A stretch of DNA of 63,327 bases, counting the filler, from Octopus bimaculoides (Eukaryota), in NCBI RefSeq assembly GCF_001194135.2. It is 3 parts of 2 records of this genome, joined end to end, with 100 filler letters (N's around TTAATTAATTAA, not from the genome) between each part and the next. Parts side by side here need not be neighbours in the genome. Positions count along the whole stretch, not along the records: positions 1 to 23,175 come from NC_069003.1; 2 more parts are not named here. One strand, written 5' to 3'. Position numbers and translations under genes: made by a program. The notes beneath the pieces are model-generated. The model did no database searches and was not told the origin of the DNA. It saw nothing but the letters and a program-made list of their open reading frames with translations. This document shows, one piece after another, positions 1-12,899 of the stretch; position 1 is the first letter of the stretch, and every line of letters starts with the position of its first letter.

Positions 1-39
1 AACTAAATGTATGGGGAAAAAAATTTATATTCGAGTTAC

Positions 40-107
40 ACTACGCCACATCTAGCATCGTCTCGTGGCACACCAATGTACCACCGCATACCGGTTGCGG
101 ATCACTG
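40..107. mobile_element. Right end of a hAT-like MITE
   Basis: Ends ...ccgcataccggttgcggatcactg, a typical CAGTG-type hAT terminus; left end not in window. Confidence 0.4.
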
Positions 108-130
108 TCCTAGAGCAGAATAGAAATACC

Positions 131-215
131 CCGAGGTTATAGTAGAAGACACTTGCCCAAGGTGCCACGCAATGGGACTGAACCCGGAACCATGTGGTTG
201 GTAAGCAAGCTACTT
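131..215 (-). mobile_element. tRNA-derived SINE family A, 5' fragment
   Basis: Reverse complement of the head seen in full copies at 39743 and 51236. Confidence 0.85.
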
Positions 216-638
216 ATATAATATAAATATGCACCTCGCTATACACCTCGGCTGGTTATTTACCACTTCCGAGGTTCCACTCGCTATAAAATATATGTAG
301 CTCGGATTTTATCTACACCATACCTTAACCGTTGTATATATTTATACAATGCGAGTGTGTTAACAAGTGTGTGTGTGTGTGTGTGTCAAACATAGCACAG
401 ACGTTTGTATTTTGCTTTACGTACGAATGTATGCACATATTTATTTATGATATGTACGTATATTTCTGTAAGTATACACTTGTGTACTTACGTATATGAG
501 TTCCTAATCATATATATGTATATATTCGTCCAAACGTGTGCGTATGATGTGTATCTAATTGTATGTATATGCCCATATACGTACATGTGCGTGTGTGAGC
601 GCGTAAATATATGTGCATATATATATATATATAATATA

Positions 639-670
<32 letters not shown>

Positions 671-1973
671 NNNNNNNNNNNNNNNNNNNNNNNNNNNNNN
701 NNNNNNNNNNNNNNNNNNNNNNNNNNNNNNNNNNNNNNNNNNNNNNNNNNNNNNNNNNNNNNNNNNNNNNNNNNNNNNNNNNNNNNNNNNNNNNNNNNNN
801 NNNNNNNNNNNNNNNNNNNNNNNNNNNNNNNNNNNNNNNNNNNNNNNNNNNNNNNNNNNNNNNNNNNNNNNNNNNNNNNNNNNNNNNNNNNNNNNNNNNN
901 NNNNNNNNNNNNNNNNNNNNNNNNNNNNNNNNNNNNNNNNNNNNNNNNNNNNNNNNNNNNNNNNNNNNNNNNNNNNNNNNNNNNNNNNNNNNNNNNNNNN
1001 NNNNNNNNNNNNNNNNNNNNNNNNNNNNNNNNNNNNNNNNNNNNNNNNNNNNNNNNNNNNNNNNNNNNNNNNNNNNNNNNNNNNNNNNNNNNNNNNNNNN
1101 NNNNNNNNNNNNNNNNNNNNNNNNNNNNNNNNNNNNNNNNNNNNNNNNNNNNNNNNNNNNNNNNNNNNNNNNNNNNNNNNNNNNNNNNNNNNNNNNNNNN
1201 NNNNNNNNNNNNNNNNNNNNNNNNNNNNNNNNNNNNNNNNNNNNNNNNNNNNNNNNNNNNNNNNNNNNNNNNNNNNNNNNNNNNNNNNNNNNNNNNNNNN
1301 NNNNNNNNNNNNNNNNNNNNNNNNNNNNNNNNNNNNNNNNNNNNNNNNNNNNNNNNNNNNNNNNNNNNNNNNNNNNNNNNNNNNNNNNNNNNNNNNNNNN
1401 NNNNNNNNNNNNNNNNNNNNNNNNNNNNNNNNNNNNNNNNNNNNNNNNNNNNNNNNNNNNNNNNNNNNNNNNNNNNNNNNNNNNNNNNNNNNNNNNNNNN
1501 NNNNNNNNNNNNNNNNNNNNNNNNNNNNNNNNNNNNNNNNNNNNNNNNNNNNNNNNNNNNAAAAAAAAAAAAAAAAAAAAAAAATTTGATATATATATAG
1601 CGGCGTACGTACACCCTTGTGCTCACCTTCTATTAGGTATGTATCTAGATTTTGCACGACTCTTACTCTATCTTTTATTCCCCCTCTCATTTTCTTCCTT
1701 TTTTCTCGCTCCCCCTCTCTCACATTCCTTGGCCCTCTCTTTCCTTAACTCTCACTATTTCCCACTCGTTTATCTCCCCTGTACTTTTCTCTTTGTCTCT
1801 GATTTTTTTCTTCTAATCCTTCAATCCTGCTGCCCCTTACCCATCTCTCCTCCTTCCACGTGACCGGTGTCTTTCTTGGCCTGACTGCCGACCGTCAACA
1901 CCTCTTATGTCCATCTATGTTCCTGCCTATATTTATGTATGTATATGTATGTATGTATGTATGTATGCATATG

Positions 1974-2005
<32 letters not shown>

Positions 2006-3010
2006 TGTATGCATATGTATATATATATATATGTGTGTGTGTGTTTATATATATATATATATATGTATGTTTTTGTGTGTGTATGTATATCTATTACATA
2101 TGTGGGAAATTCTGTCTGTGAGTATTTTGTTTGCGGAGTTGTTAGCTAAATCCTCCTACATCGTTTTATTGATTTTGATGAAACTTGACACGTGAGTAGA
2201 ACTCATGCCTGGAAACATCATGGCATACTCAGATTGTTGAAAAAAAAAAAACGATTACAAATCAGTGGCCAATTGAAAAAAAAATCAGTAGGAGTTTTGA
2301 ATGGGAATTTCCATAAGGAAGATATTTTTTTTTTGCAATAATTTTTGCATTTCTNNNNNNNNNNNNNNNNNNNNNNNNNNNNNNNNNNNNNNNNNNNNNN
2401 NNNNNNNNNNNNNNNNNNNNNNNNNNNNNNNNNNNNNNNNNNNNNNNNNNNNNNNNNNNNNNNNNNNNNNNNNNNNNNNNNNNNNNNNNNNNNNNNNNNN
2501 NNNNNNNNNNNNNNNNNNNNNNNNNNNNNNNNNNNNNNNNNNNNNNNNNNNNNNNNNNNNNNNNNNNNNNNNNNNNNNNNNNNNNNNNNNNNNNNNNNNN
2601 NNNNNNNNNNNNNNNNNNNNNNNNNNNNNNNNNNNNNNNNNNNNNNNNNNNNNNNNNNNNNNNNNNNNNNNNNNNNNNNNNNNNNNNNNNNNNNNNNNNN
2701 NNNNNNNNNNNNNNNNNNNNNNNNNNNNNNNNNNNNNNNNNNNNNNNNNNNNNNNNNNNNNNNNNNNNNNNNNNNNNNNNNNNNNNNNNNNNNNNNNNNN
2801 NNNNNNNNNNNNNNNNNNNNNNNNNNNNNNNNNNNNNNNNNNNNNNNNNNNNNNNNNNNNNNNNNNNNNNNNNNNNNNNNNNNNNNNNNNNNNNNNNNNN
2901 NNNNNNNNNNNNNNNNNNNNNNNNNNNNNNNNNNNNNNNNNNNNNNNNNNNNNNNNNNNNNNNNNNNNNNNNNNNNNNNNNNNNNNNNNNNNNNNNNNNN
3001 NNGTGTGTGT

Positions 3011-3215
3011 GTGGAGGCGCGTGGCTTAGTGGTTAGGGTGTCAGCATCATGATCGTAAGATTGTGGTTTCGATTCCTGGACCGAGCGGCGCGTTGTGTTC
3101 TTGAGCAAAACACTTCATTTCACGTTGCTCCAGCTGGGGAAGACATACGCCATTGAAATCGGGAAACCGGGCCCATGAGCCTGGCTAGGCTTTAAAAGGG
3201 CGTATTTATTTATCT
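3011..3215 (+). mobile_element. tRNA-derived SINE family C, internally deleted
   Basis: A box tggcttagtgg, B box gtttcgattcc, ttcttgagcaaaacactt domain; homologous to 9560. Confidence 0.8.
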
Positions 3216-3217
3216 AT

Positions 3218-3267
<50 letters not shown>

Positions 3268-3475
3268 CTGGGTTTCGTATTAATTTCGTAGGTTTCAAGA
3301 TAATTAGCAACTTTGCCCTCAATTAATGTTATGTTATTTACACAGAAAGGAAATTACATTACTATAAATATTTTTCTAAGTATAAATTGTTATTTTTATC
3401 TATAGAATTTATTCTTATCAGTCGACTCTGATTTAGAACAGTGGGAGGTGAATTAGCTGAATTGATAGATTTCAG

Positions 3476-3750
3476 CAAATAGGTGCAATCGTTTCTGTGT
3501 GGTAAGAAGTTTGCTTCTCAACGCCGTCGTTTTGGGTTCAGTCTCAAATAGGTGCAGCTGTGGTACTAACTTTGCTTCTCAACGACGTTGTCTTTGGTTT
3601 AGTCCCAAATAGGCATGGCTGTGTGATAAGAAGTTTGCTTCTCAACGATGTGGTTTTGATTTCAGTCCCACTACGTGGCACCATGCGCAAGTATTTTTGC
3701 TGTAGCTTCGAGCAGACCAAAGCTTTCTGAGTTCATTTGGTAGACGCAAG
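3476..3750 (+). mobile_element. SINE family A with triplicated head
   Basis: Three units each starting caaatagg (3476, 3545, 3606); the last continues into the SINE body. Confidence 0.75.
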
Positions 3751-3983
3751 GGTGTGGCTTGAGAGAGATTTGGTAACTATTTCTTACAGCTACGCTACGA
3801 CAGCTTATTTGATTCCTACGCAACGGACAAAAATTAAAGTTTTTTTTTTTTAATTAAATTGATATTTAAGTTGCAACAAAATTAAAATGATAACAAATGA
3901 AGCAAAACAATATCTAATTTACAGATATAAAAGTAAAATTCCAAGAAATAAATAAAATCGCATACAAAGGTGCTGTAACTTAC

Positions 3984-4068
3984 TGTAATGTTATAGTAGC
4001 TCTCCCTGTTATAGGAACTGAAATTGATGCGGTATAGAAGTCTTTCCCTGCAAGTATGGTTCTGTTTC
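3984..4068 (-). CDS. Candidate internal exon (GNRTILAGKDFYTASISVPITGRATITL)
   Basis: ggctttag acceptor, aca|gtaagt donor, 85 nt open in phase 1 to phase 2; no homology confirmed. Confidence 0.25.
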
Positions 4069-4319
4069 CTAAAGCCTCTCGGTATCGAAGATAATATAAA
4101 GGGCAAATTGTTTTTACTTTTTGTTCTCTTTGATAACGATTATCAGATCAACTCATACTAAACAGACTTCTAGTCAAGTGTTCCAGCTGTGACCTATCGT
4201 TTTATTTCTATTAACATTTCCCCCTGTCAATGTACATTCAAGGATATATGCACCCTTTCCTTCTTGCGTCATTTGAAAGGGATTTAGCTTCTGTTTCTAG
4301 CAGATTTTGTGTATGTTAA

Positions 4320-4780
4320 TATTGATTTCAAATTTTGGCACAAGGTTAGCAATTCCGGGAGAGGTGAGGGGTAGGGGTGGAAATCGATTATATCGGCCCC
4401 AGTGCTCAACTGGTATTTATTTTATCGACCCCGAAAGTATGAAAGACAAAGACGTCCTCAGCAGAGTTTCAACTCCGAACGTGAAGACGGACGAAATGCC
4501 GTTAAGCATTTTGTCCGGTACAGTAACTATTCTGCTAATTCGGCGCCTTCGTGTATGTAAATATTGATTTCAAATTTTGGCACAAGGCCAGCAATTCCGG
4601 GGGAGGAGGCAAGTCGATTACATCGATCCCAGTGCACAAATGCTACACATTTTATCGTCCTGGGAAGAATGAAAGGCAAGGTCGACCTCCGCGGAATTTG
4701 AACTCGGAACGCAAAGATGAACGAAATACCGTTCATCATTAGTCCAGCATGCTAACGATTCTGCTAGCTCGCCGCCTTTG
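4320..4780 (-). mobile_element. Two tandem SINE family D copies
   Basis: Both match the family D consensus (head ggcgagctggcagaatcg, B box gagttcaaattcc on minus strand). Confidence 0.85.
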
Positions 4781-4889
4781 TGTATGTAAGTATCAAGAGA
4801 GGAGGCCATAGAAAGGGTGGGGATCTAGGGATTAAATCCAGCTTATGAAATAACAGCCAGGTTTAATTACACTGTGATAAAACTTCAAT

Positions 4890-5230
4890 TTTTCTCGTGT
4901 CTTTGGTCAGTAAGTGTTATTTCTTACTTGCTTCTATCTAGAATTCAAAGGAAATGACTACTAATCCCTTCAAACTTTGCTTTTGTCACCTGGACCTCAA
5001 TGTTTTGAAACTGATCTATTTCCCATTACATTTCAGACAGATTCAGTGCTGAGTTGCTGAAGCAGAAATATTGTTATAGCAAATACTCTGCTCAGTATCA
5101 CAGATTTGCTTGTCAGTTGCTTGACCTTGAGCATGTCCCTTAGTAGCTGACTCTATGTGCATCTATGATAATATAACAGGAATAGTGGGGGAGCATCACA
5201 GCCGTGTGTTGAGAGGGATTCTTTGTTATG
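4890..5230 (+). repeat. Unclassified interspersed repeat family F
   Basis: gagcatgtcccttagt(a/g)gctga core recurs at 42270-42640 (+) and 49060-49230 (-). Confidence 0.65.
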
Positions 5231-6690
5231 CCTGTGGGGATGAGGTGAACCGGCCCAGGGTCCCCACCGGAAGAGGAAGAGGGAGCAACGAAGTGAGAGA
5301 AGTAGCACTAGCGTGGTCCTCTTNNNNNNNNNNNNNNNNNNNNNNNNNNNNNNNNNNNNNNNNNNNNNNNNNNNNNNNNNNNNNNNNNNNNNNNNNNNNN
5401 NNNNNNNNNNNNNNNNNNNNNNNNNNNNNNNNNNNNNNNNNNNNNNNNNNNNNNNNNNNNNNNNNNNNNNNNNNNNNNNNNNNNNNNNNNNNNNNNNNNN
5501 NNNNNNNNNNNNNNNNNNNNNNNNNNNNNNNNNNNNNNNNNNNNNNNNNNNNNNNNNNNNNNNNNNNNNNNNNNNNNNNNNNNNNNNNNNNNNNNNNNNN
5601 NNNNNNNNNNNNNNNNNNNNNNNNNNNNNNNNNNNNNNNNNNNNNNNNNNNNNNNNNNNNNNNNNNNNNNNNNNNNNNNNNNNNNNNNNNNNNNNNNNNN
5701 NNNNNNNNNNNNNNNNNNNNNNNNNNNNNNNNNNNNNNNNNNNNNNNNNNNNNNNNNNNNNNNNNNNNNNNNNNNNNNNNNNNNNNNNNNNNNNNNNNNN
5801 NNNNNNNNNNNNNNNNNNNNNNNNNNNNNNNNNNNNNNNNNNNNNNNNNNNNNNNNNNNNNNNNNNNNNNNNNNNNNNNNNNNNNNNNNNNNNNNNNNNN
5901 NNNNNNNNNNNNNNNNNNNNNNNNNNNNNNNNNNNNNNNNNNNNNNNNNNNNNNNNNNNNNNNNNNNNNNNNNNNNNNNNNNNNNNNNNNNNNNNNNNNN
6001 NNNNNNNTCTTAAACTGCGTTTGCCAAGCTGGGAACGGTCAGGTGGACAGGGAAACAGGTAGACATGTACGCAATGGAAGTTCGGAGACTGGCTATGCTA
6101 TCTGGTTTTACCGGAGAGAGACTAAAAAAAAGGCGGCACGATTGGCTTTCGTAAACGGCTTCCTTGTTTATGGGCTGGTGTTTCAAGTGCGAGGGACCGC
6201 ACACGGCAAGGGACTGCGTGGAGGTGAAGCCTGAACAGTGATTGTTAATTCCCAAAATAATGTCTTTGTGGATGGAATGCTGCATCACGGCTTGGAGGTT
6301 TACAGAATTGTCGCTGGAGGAGAGGAAGTGAGCGGAGTATCATTCCTCTGCGAGACGTCCACCTAGGTGGATGGCAGATTTCGACGTAAGGTGAAGTGAG
6401 GAGGTGACGTCTGAGATCAAGTGGGTTGAGTGGGGATGAGGTGAACCGGAAAGAAAGGGCAGTGGTGTCAACGACTGAGGGACCCCACTGGAAGAGGAAG
6501 TGGGTGCGACGGAGGTAGCACCAACATGGTCCGCTTTCGGCCTCGAGCAGTCGTGGTGACGCATGTGGATGCGTGAGAAACAGGGCTTTAGCAGTAGCTA
6601 CTAGCGATAGGTGAGACGTGTAGGGCACGTCTTGGATTTAACACAGCTGGACAGCCAACGCTGAGAGGTAGGCAAACCGTATTTTATTCC
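5230..6690 (-). mobile_element. GC-rich unclassified element, possibly a LINE 5' end/ORF1 relic, spanning a gap
   Basis: GC well above background; ggggatgaggtgaaccgg and cccca(c/t)(c/t)ggaagaggaag motifs occur on both sides of the gap. Confidence 0.3.
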
Positions 6691-6701
6691 TCACATTACA
6701 G

Positions 6702-6997
6702 CAGGGGTTTTCAAACATTTTGACTTGCGGACCCCTTTATATTTCAGGCTTTACCTTAGGGACCCCCTTATAAACGCTTATGAAATTTATACATAAATAT
6801 TTGCTTAAAATAACATATATTTTTGCATTTATTTATTTAACAGTATTTAACAAATAGGTTTATTATCAATTAAAAGATTTCGATAAAAAACATATATAAA
6901 ATCAAATTGCGCATAAAAAGTATTTGCTGTCTACGGACCCCCTGTCTTGTCCTTGCGGATCCCCTGTGGTCCGCGGACCACAGTTTGAAAACCCCTG
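6702..6997. mobile_element. hAT-superfamily MITE
   Basis: Perfect 15-bp TIR caggggttttcaaac/gtttgaaaacccctg and perfect 8-bp TSD cattacag (6694-6701, 6998-7005). Confidence 0.92.
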
Positions 6998-7699
6998 CAT
7001 TACAGTTCCCTCATACTACAACTTTAGACGACGTTACTGCTATCTTCAGCACGTCAAGACAGAGACCTACTCGTTGTCTGGCGTGTGTCCTTACTATTTT
7101 GTTAGGCCGTTAAGAGTATAGTTAAAAGGGACTTATCTGCTTTTTCCAGCGCAATTATGCAGTGGCTCCCTTATGAAAAATCAAAACTTAATTTATATTT
7201 TTAAAGGTTGAAGTTATAAGAAAATATAAATGAACTTATCGAAATATATAATGTACAAATACAAACGTGAATAACAAAGAGAAATATATAATAAATAAAT
7301 AAACTAATAGATATTTAGTAAATATCACAAGCATTGAAGTTTAAGTAACCAGTGAGTAACAATCTCTTTATAAAGGAAACTAGAGATGAAGTACAGTAGT
7401 TTACCTGTACATACCGGTGTAGTATGATAATAACTTCCAGGCAATTTGAATCAGGTGTTATCACGAAATTTCTTAGATAATGAAATGACATTACAAATAT
7501 CGAGAATAACTGTGAGGGGTAAACATTAAATACTTAATACGTTCTCCACCTACACAAATAAGTAAAACGACACATGAGCGGTTGTACAACCTACTGGAAA
7601 TAGTAGTTACACACCGTCCCTCCCACCACTACTACTGGCTCAAGATCCCTCATAAAGCTTTGAGAAAGAGTGAGCTGAATAATGTAATCCGGGTTCTTT

Positions 7700-7995
7700 T
7701 ACTTTTTTCAGTCATTTCACTGCGGCCGTGCTGTAGCACCGCCTTTAGTCGAACAATTCTATATGTATATTTATATTATATACTCTTTTACTCTTTTACT
7801 TGTTTGTCATTTGACTGAGGCCATGCTGGAGCACCGCCTTTAGTCGAGCAAATCGACCCCAGGACTTATTCTTTGGAAGCCTAGTACTTATTCTATCGGG
7901 TGTCTTCTGCTGAACTGCTAGTCACGGGGACGTAAACACACAAGCATCGGTTGTCAAGCGATGTTGGGGAGACAAACACAGACACACAAACACAT

Positions 7996-8068
<73 letters not shown>

Positions 8069-8228
8069 TACGACGAGCTTCTTTCAGTTTTCGTCTACCA
8101 AATCCACTCACAAGGCTTTGGTCGGCCCGAGGCTATAGTAGAAGACACTTGCCCAAGGTTCCACGCAGTGGGACTGAATCCAGACTGGTTGGTAAGCGAG
8201 CTACTTACCACACAGCCACTCCTGCGCC
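7700..8228 (-). mobile_element. SINE family A, full length with internal (TA)n, plus an extra 3' end at 7700-7760
   Basis: Matches 39743-40152 in reverse complement. Confidence 0.9.
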
Positions 8229-8626
8229 TATGAATATGTTTTGATGAAATTTTACAGAAACACCTTTCAAACAGCATAGATTACGATTATAAAAAAAAAT
8301 TGTAGGAAAAATTAAGTACAGGGGTCGATACGTTCCTGTAAACCCTTCAATGTGGTACTCCAGCATGGGCACACTGCAATGATTGAAAAAAAGAATAAAA
8401 GAGATAAGACACACAATGTAGGTCATTGTACTACTGCTATTTATACACTTAATATCCTGTTGTCGTGACTCTATTTATTCGTAGCACTATTAGACGTTTG
8501 GGAATGTAAGCAGTAAGGGAGTGGCTTTGTGAAAGACCAAAATGAATGTGGTTGCATGCATTACTACCGTCCTTTCCCTCTCTCTTATATTTCAAAGTGT
8601 GGTGCTAATTTTATTGGTCAAGTATG

Positions 8627-8805
8627 CTAAACCGATATTTTATGTTCATTGTTAACTGAAGAAAGATTGCCGACCAAGTAGAGAACTTGTACATCAACGG
8701 CTTTTGTATCTCCCCTCGCTCCAATGGTGAAAAAAACTCTTCTAAGTGCATTATGGTTGTGTGTTTGTGAATCGATGTGGTCAAATCCTTCTAGCTTTGC
8801 TTTTT
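8627..8805 (-). CDS. Candidate exon (KAKLEGFDHIDSQTHNHNALRRVFFTIGARGDTKAVDVQVLYLVG...)
   Basis: Non-repetitive open frame; first AG after an AG-free tract is phase-compatible with the 9226 donor; weak AAG acceptor. Confidence 0.2.
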
Positions 8806-9225
8806 CTTTATCAGTCAAGCAATAAAATCATCAAATGAACAGAGACAAACGACATTTTACGGATATTGAATTCTTTATTTTTTCATAGTTATTGAATTAT
8901 TATATAATTGAAAACATGCAACCTTGGTTGCAGTTAATTATTGTAAAGGAGATCATCACTTCTAGATAAATCAGGATATATATAAAGATGCTCAGTATAT
9001 GCACACTTAATATTTTAGCTACTAATAACATATATTTTTAATCATTGGTTATTAATCATCGTTATTTGAAATCATCAGACTTATCCTGGTTTTAAAATAT
9101 GATAGCAAGTTTGACTAAAAGAGACCCGTGCCATCTCGTAAAAGAACACGATTAAAAATAGAGTCCTTACTATATAATATGTAGAGATGGCCATGGGTGT
9201 AGTGTTTTTCACTTTTAATCATTAC

Positions 9226-9397
9226 TTTTATGATAGATTATTGATGTCTCCTTCGATTTGTATTCTAAGCTTGCAGAGACACCGGTTCCAAAGTATGAAA
9301 CACTGCCTTTGACTCCCGATTCCTTAGTTTGAATTCCCGAGACGTCTTTTGAAACGCTTGTTCCAGAAGATTTCTCTAATTCTTTCGAATCCGGCAT
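9226..9397 (-). CDS. Candidate first coding exon (MPDSKELEKSSGTSVSKDVSGIQTKESGVKGSVSYFGTGVSASLEYKSKETSIIYHK)
   Basis: Strong acceptor tttttcatttcag at 9436, in-frame upstream stop then ATG, gtaatg donor at 9225. Confidence 0.35.
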
Positions 9398-9559
9398 TTT
9401 CCACTAATATTTGTTTCCGACAGGAAAGGATATATCTGAAATGAAAAATCGATTGTAGTAGCTCTGAGAAAAAAATCCACACCTAATATAAACATATATT
9501 GCGCAGAATTATTAACAAACTTTCTTGTAAACGGTTATTTTTATAATGATATAGTCGAT

Positions 9560-9895
9560 GTGAAGGCGCATGGCTCAGTGGTTAGAGCGTCGAGCTTACG
9601 ATTGTGAGGTTGTGAGTTCGAATCCCGGACCGGGCTACGTGTTATGTTCTTGAGCAAGACACTTTATTTCACGTTGCTCCAGTTCACTCAGCCGTAGAAA
9701 TGAGTTGTGACGTCACTGGTGCCAAGCTATATCGTCCTCTTTCCCTTTCCCTTGGATAACAATGGTGGCGCTGGAGAGGGGAGGCCGGTATGCATGGGCG
9801 ACTGCTGGTCTTCCATAAACAACCTTGCCCGAACTTGTGCCTGGGAGGGTAACTTTCTAGGTGCAATCCCATGGTCAGTCATGACCAAATGGGGT
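9560..9895 (+). mobile_element. tRNA-derived SINE family C, near full length
   Basis: A box tggctcagtgg, B box gttcgaatcc, ttcttgagcaagacactt. Confidence 0.85.
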
Positions 9896-10090
9896 CTCAG
9901 TCAGATATAGTCGAAGTGTACTTCTATATCACGACGCATACACACAAAGCACAGATACACGCACATACTCTCCCTCTGCGCACACACATTTACAAACATA
10001 CAAATATTACATACACATCCATACATATACTTGCATACACACAAACATTTACATATATAAATGCATTCACATGCATACATACACACACAT

Positions 10091-10146
<56 letters not shown>

Positions 10147-10586
10147 NNNNNNNNNNNNNNNNNNNNNNNNNNNNNNNNNNNNNNNNNNNNNNNNNNNNNN
10201 NNNNNNNNNNNNNNNNNNNNNNNNNNNNNNNNNNNNNNNNNNNNNNNNNNNNNNNNNNNNNNNNNNNNNNNNNNNNNNNNNNNNNNNNNNNNNNNNNNNN
10301 NNNNNNNNNNNNNNNNNNNNNNNNNNNNNNNNNNNNNNNNNNNNNNNNNNNNNNNNNNNNNNNNNNNNNNNNNNNNNNNNNNNNNNNNNNNNNNNNNNNN
10401 NNNNNNNNNNNNNNNNNNNNNNNNNNNNNNNNNNNNNNNNNNNNNNNNNNNNNNNNNNNNNNNNNNNNNNNNNNNNNNNNNNNNNNNNNNNNNNNNNNNN
10501 NNNNNNNNNNNNNNNNNNNNNNNNNNNNNNNNNNNNNNNNNNNNNNNNNNNNNNNNNNNNATGTATATATATATATATATATGGGC

Positions 10587-10619
<33 letters not shown>

Positions 10620-11739
10620 ACGTACGTACGTACACCAATTGCATACATATTTTTTGTACGCATACATGTTCGTACGTGTGTGTGTTGCCCGTATATCAAC
10701 AAAACACTTTTTTCCTCGATGGAAAAAAAAGACAACAATGAAAGTCTTAACAAAACCTTACTCGTCGCTATAAGGGGACTTAACTCCTGCTGTAAGCGAT
10801 GGTGGATTTCTCCGACTTGAATATTGTTAAAAGTTTTGGTTGAAAATTTATTTTTACTGTTATTGGTTGGTGCTTCTGGGAAAAATAAGTTGATGAAAAT
10901 ACAGCTAGGGCATGACGAATGTCTTCCTAAAATTGGAGCGACATGCGTGCTAATTTGTGGACGTGCATAAATTACATTCATGTATACACACACGCACATT
11001 CTGCCTTTTATATATACAGATTAATGAGGCGGTTATCTCCCCTGTCTGCTCTGCCTGTCTATATGTATATTGCGCACTTCATGCAGCATTAAGGGTTTTA
11101 ACTCTTATTTCTTGCAATACAAGAGCTGTTAACTGCCATCAGTCATAAATAGCGGCGATTAAATTTTCCATAACTGTTACCTGCTAGATGGTGGTAGGGG
11201 TCGCTCCCCTTGCTAACGATATATATTGTATATAAAGCGTGCATGATACATAAAACAATTGTCATTGACTAAATTTTTTAGCTTCAAATACGAAGGGAGA
11301 TCACTTGTTAAAAGCTAATAGAAAAATATGAAAAAAAATTACTTTTGAAGGGTTTCGCTCCAACAAATAGAACCTAGTATTCTATGTTTTGAAAGTCTTG
11401 TACTTATTTTATCGGCTTTCATTACTGAACCTCTGATTTACGAAGATTTAAACAAACCAACAATGGTTGCCTATCGGTGAATGTTAATTTAACATATGCG
11501 CCAGTCAATTTATAACGAAACAACTTATTTTAAATGGACAAAAGTGAATGTAAAATATATGAAATTAGCAATTTAGAGAATGAATTTATTCCTAAATATA
11601 CAGAAACGTGCAAACTATATTTCCTAAATCACGAATTGTGTTATCTAATGCTGTCATATATGATTAAGTTCATATGGTAAAATTTAAAGATTTGGTTGCT
11701 ATTTTTAGCACTTTGAACAACCTAATAGATGTAGTAGTA

Positions 11740-12075
11740 ATAACACTCCCTCTTTTAGTTGGGTCCTCTTTAAATTGACTTTCATATATCTTAAGTTAAT
11801 ATTCATTTAAAATTAATATTCATTTGTTTTAAATAAATGTTTATCTGATTTAAATTAAAGCACATACAATTTAAATCATATTTGAGATATTTTTCTTTGG
11901 GATTCACAAATTCTAATTTGAAATTCATTTATTTAATTTGAGGTTTATTTATTTTAATTTGAGGTTCATACTTTTTAATTTGAAGTTGAATTGTTTTCAT
12001 TTGAGTGAAATAATGTAGAAGCGCTGCAGATTTTTAAACACGTTATTCAAGGATTTAGAACAAGTATTCTCAAGC
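11740..12075 (+). repeat. AT-rich module with an inverted paralog at 21845-22105
   Basis: cactccctcttttagttg ... ggatttagaacaag colinear with the reverse complement of 21845-22105. Confidence 0.75.
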
Positions 12076-12899
12076 AATGTCTTTCTAGCAGACGACTAGC
12101 AGTTCTCAAAAATTATGAGGGGGAATCGTAAAATAAATTGAAGTTAATTATATAATGTTAATTTGGAGAGGGCTTACTTTCGTTAGCCATCTTAAATTTT
12201 CATAAACTATATACCTATTTTTGAAAGCTGTCTAAAATTTTGAAAGGAAGCAATATGAAGAGTCTATAGGATAAATGACAAAAATTTGATTTTTCTTTTT
12301 TGCAAATCTATTTGTAATGTGTTTCTCCCCCCGCCTTTTTGTTGTTGCCTATTTTCTTTTTAATCATGAGGGAAGGAAAGAGCGCCATAATCCTTTTCAG
12401 AACTTCGTGAAAGGGAGATAGGTAGGAAGAAAAGAGTGAAAGCGGGAGGGCTGGAAGGAGGAAATGAGGAAGGAAAGAAGGGAAGAAGGGAGAGAAACAG
12501 TGAAAAGGGAAAAGAATAGGAGGAAAGAAGGAGGGAACGAGGAAAGGTGGTGGATATCCTCAAACCGGAGACTTGGGCGAAATGCTTGCAAAAGAGTAGA
12601 CGCCGGTGAAGGCATCCCAGGTGGTAACTTTAAAACAGGAGGCCAATTAGACCGCGGTAACTTCTTTGCTGTTTTGTAGGCTTCCTTTATATTGCAGACG
12701 ACATTACTGCCATGTCTAGCACGTCAATTAAAAGACCTACTTGTTGTCTCGTATGTCTCATTTCTGTTTTGTTAAGATAAATATTGCCAACAATGGAGAT
12801 TAAGTAATCATTGTGCAATAATTTCTATATAAAGGCAACTGGAGGTGAAGTGAAATAGTTTTCCTGTACATTCAGTTATGGTACAAAAATACTTTCAAA

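Noticed and set aside
405-3108. Long ORFs of 230-416 aa (also at 5.2k, 10k, 14.2k, 44k, 48k)
   Set aside because: They are open only because they run through N gaps and (TA)n/(CA)n tracts
11165-11200. CTCF-like motif (ccaccatctagcag on the minus strand)
   Set aside because: Partial match only; not distinguishable from chance without ChIP data
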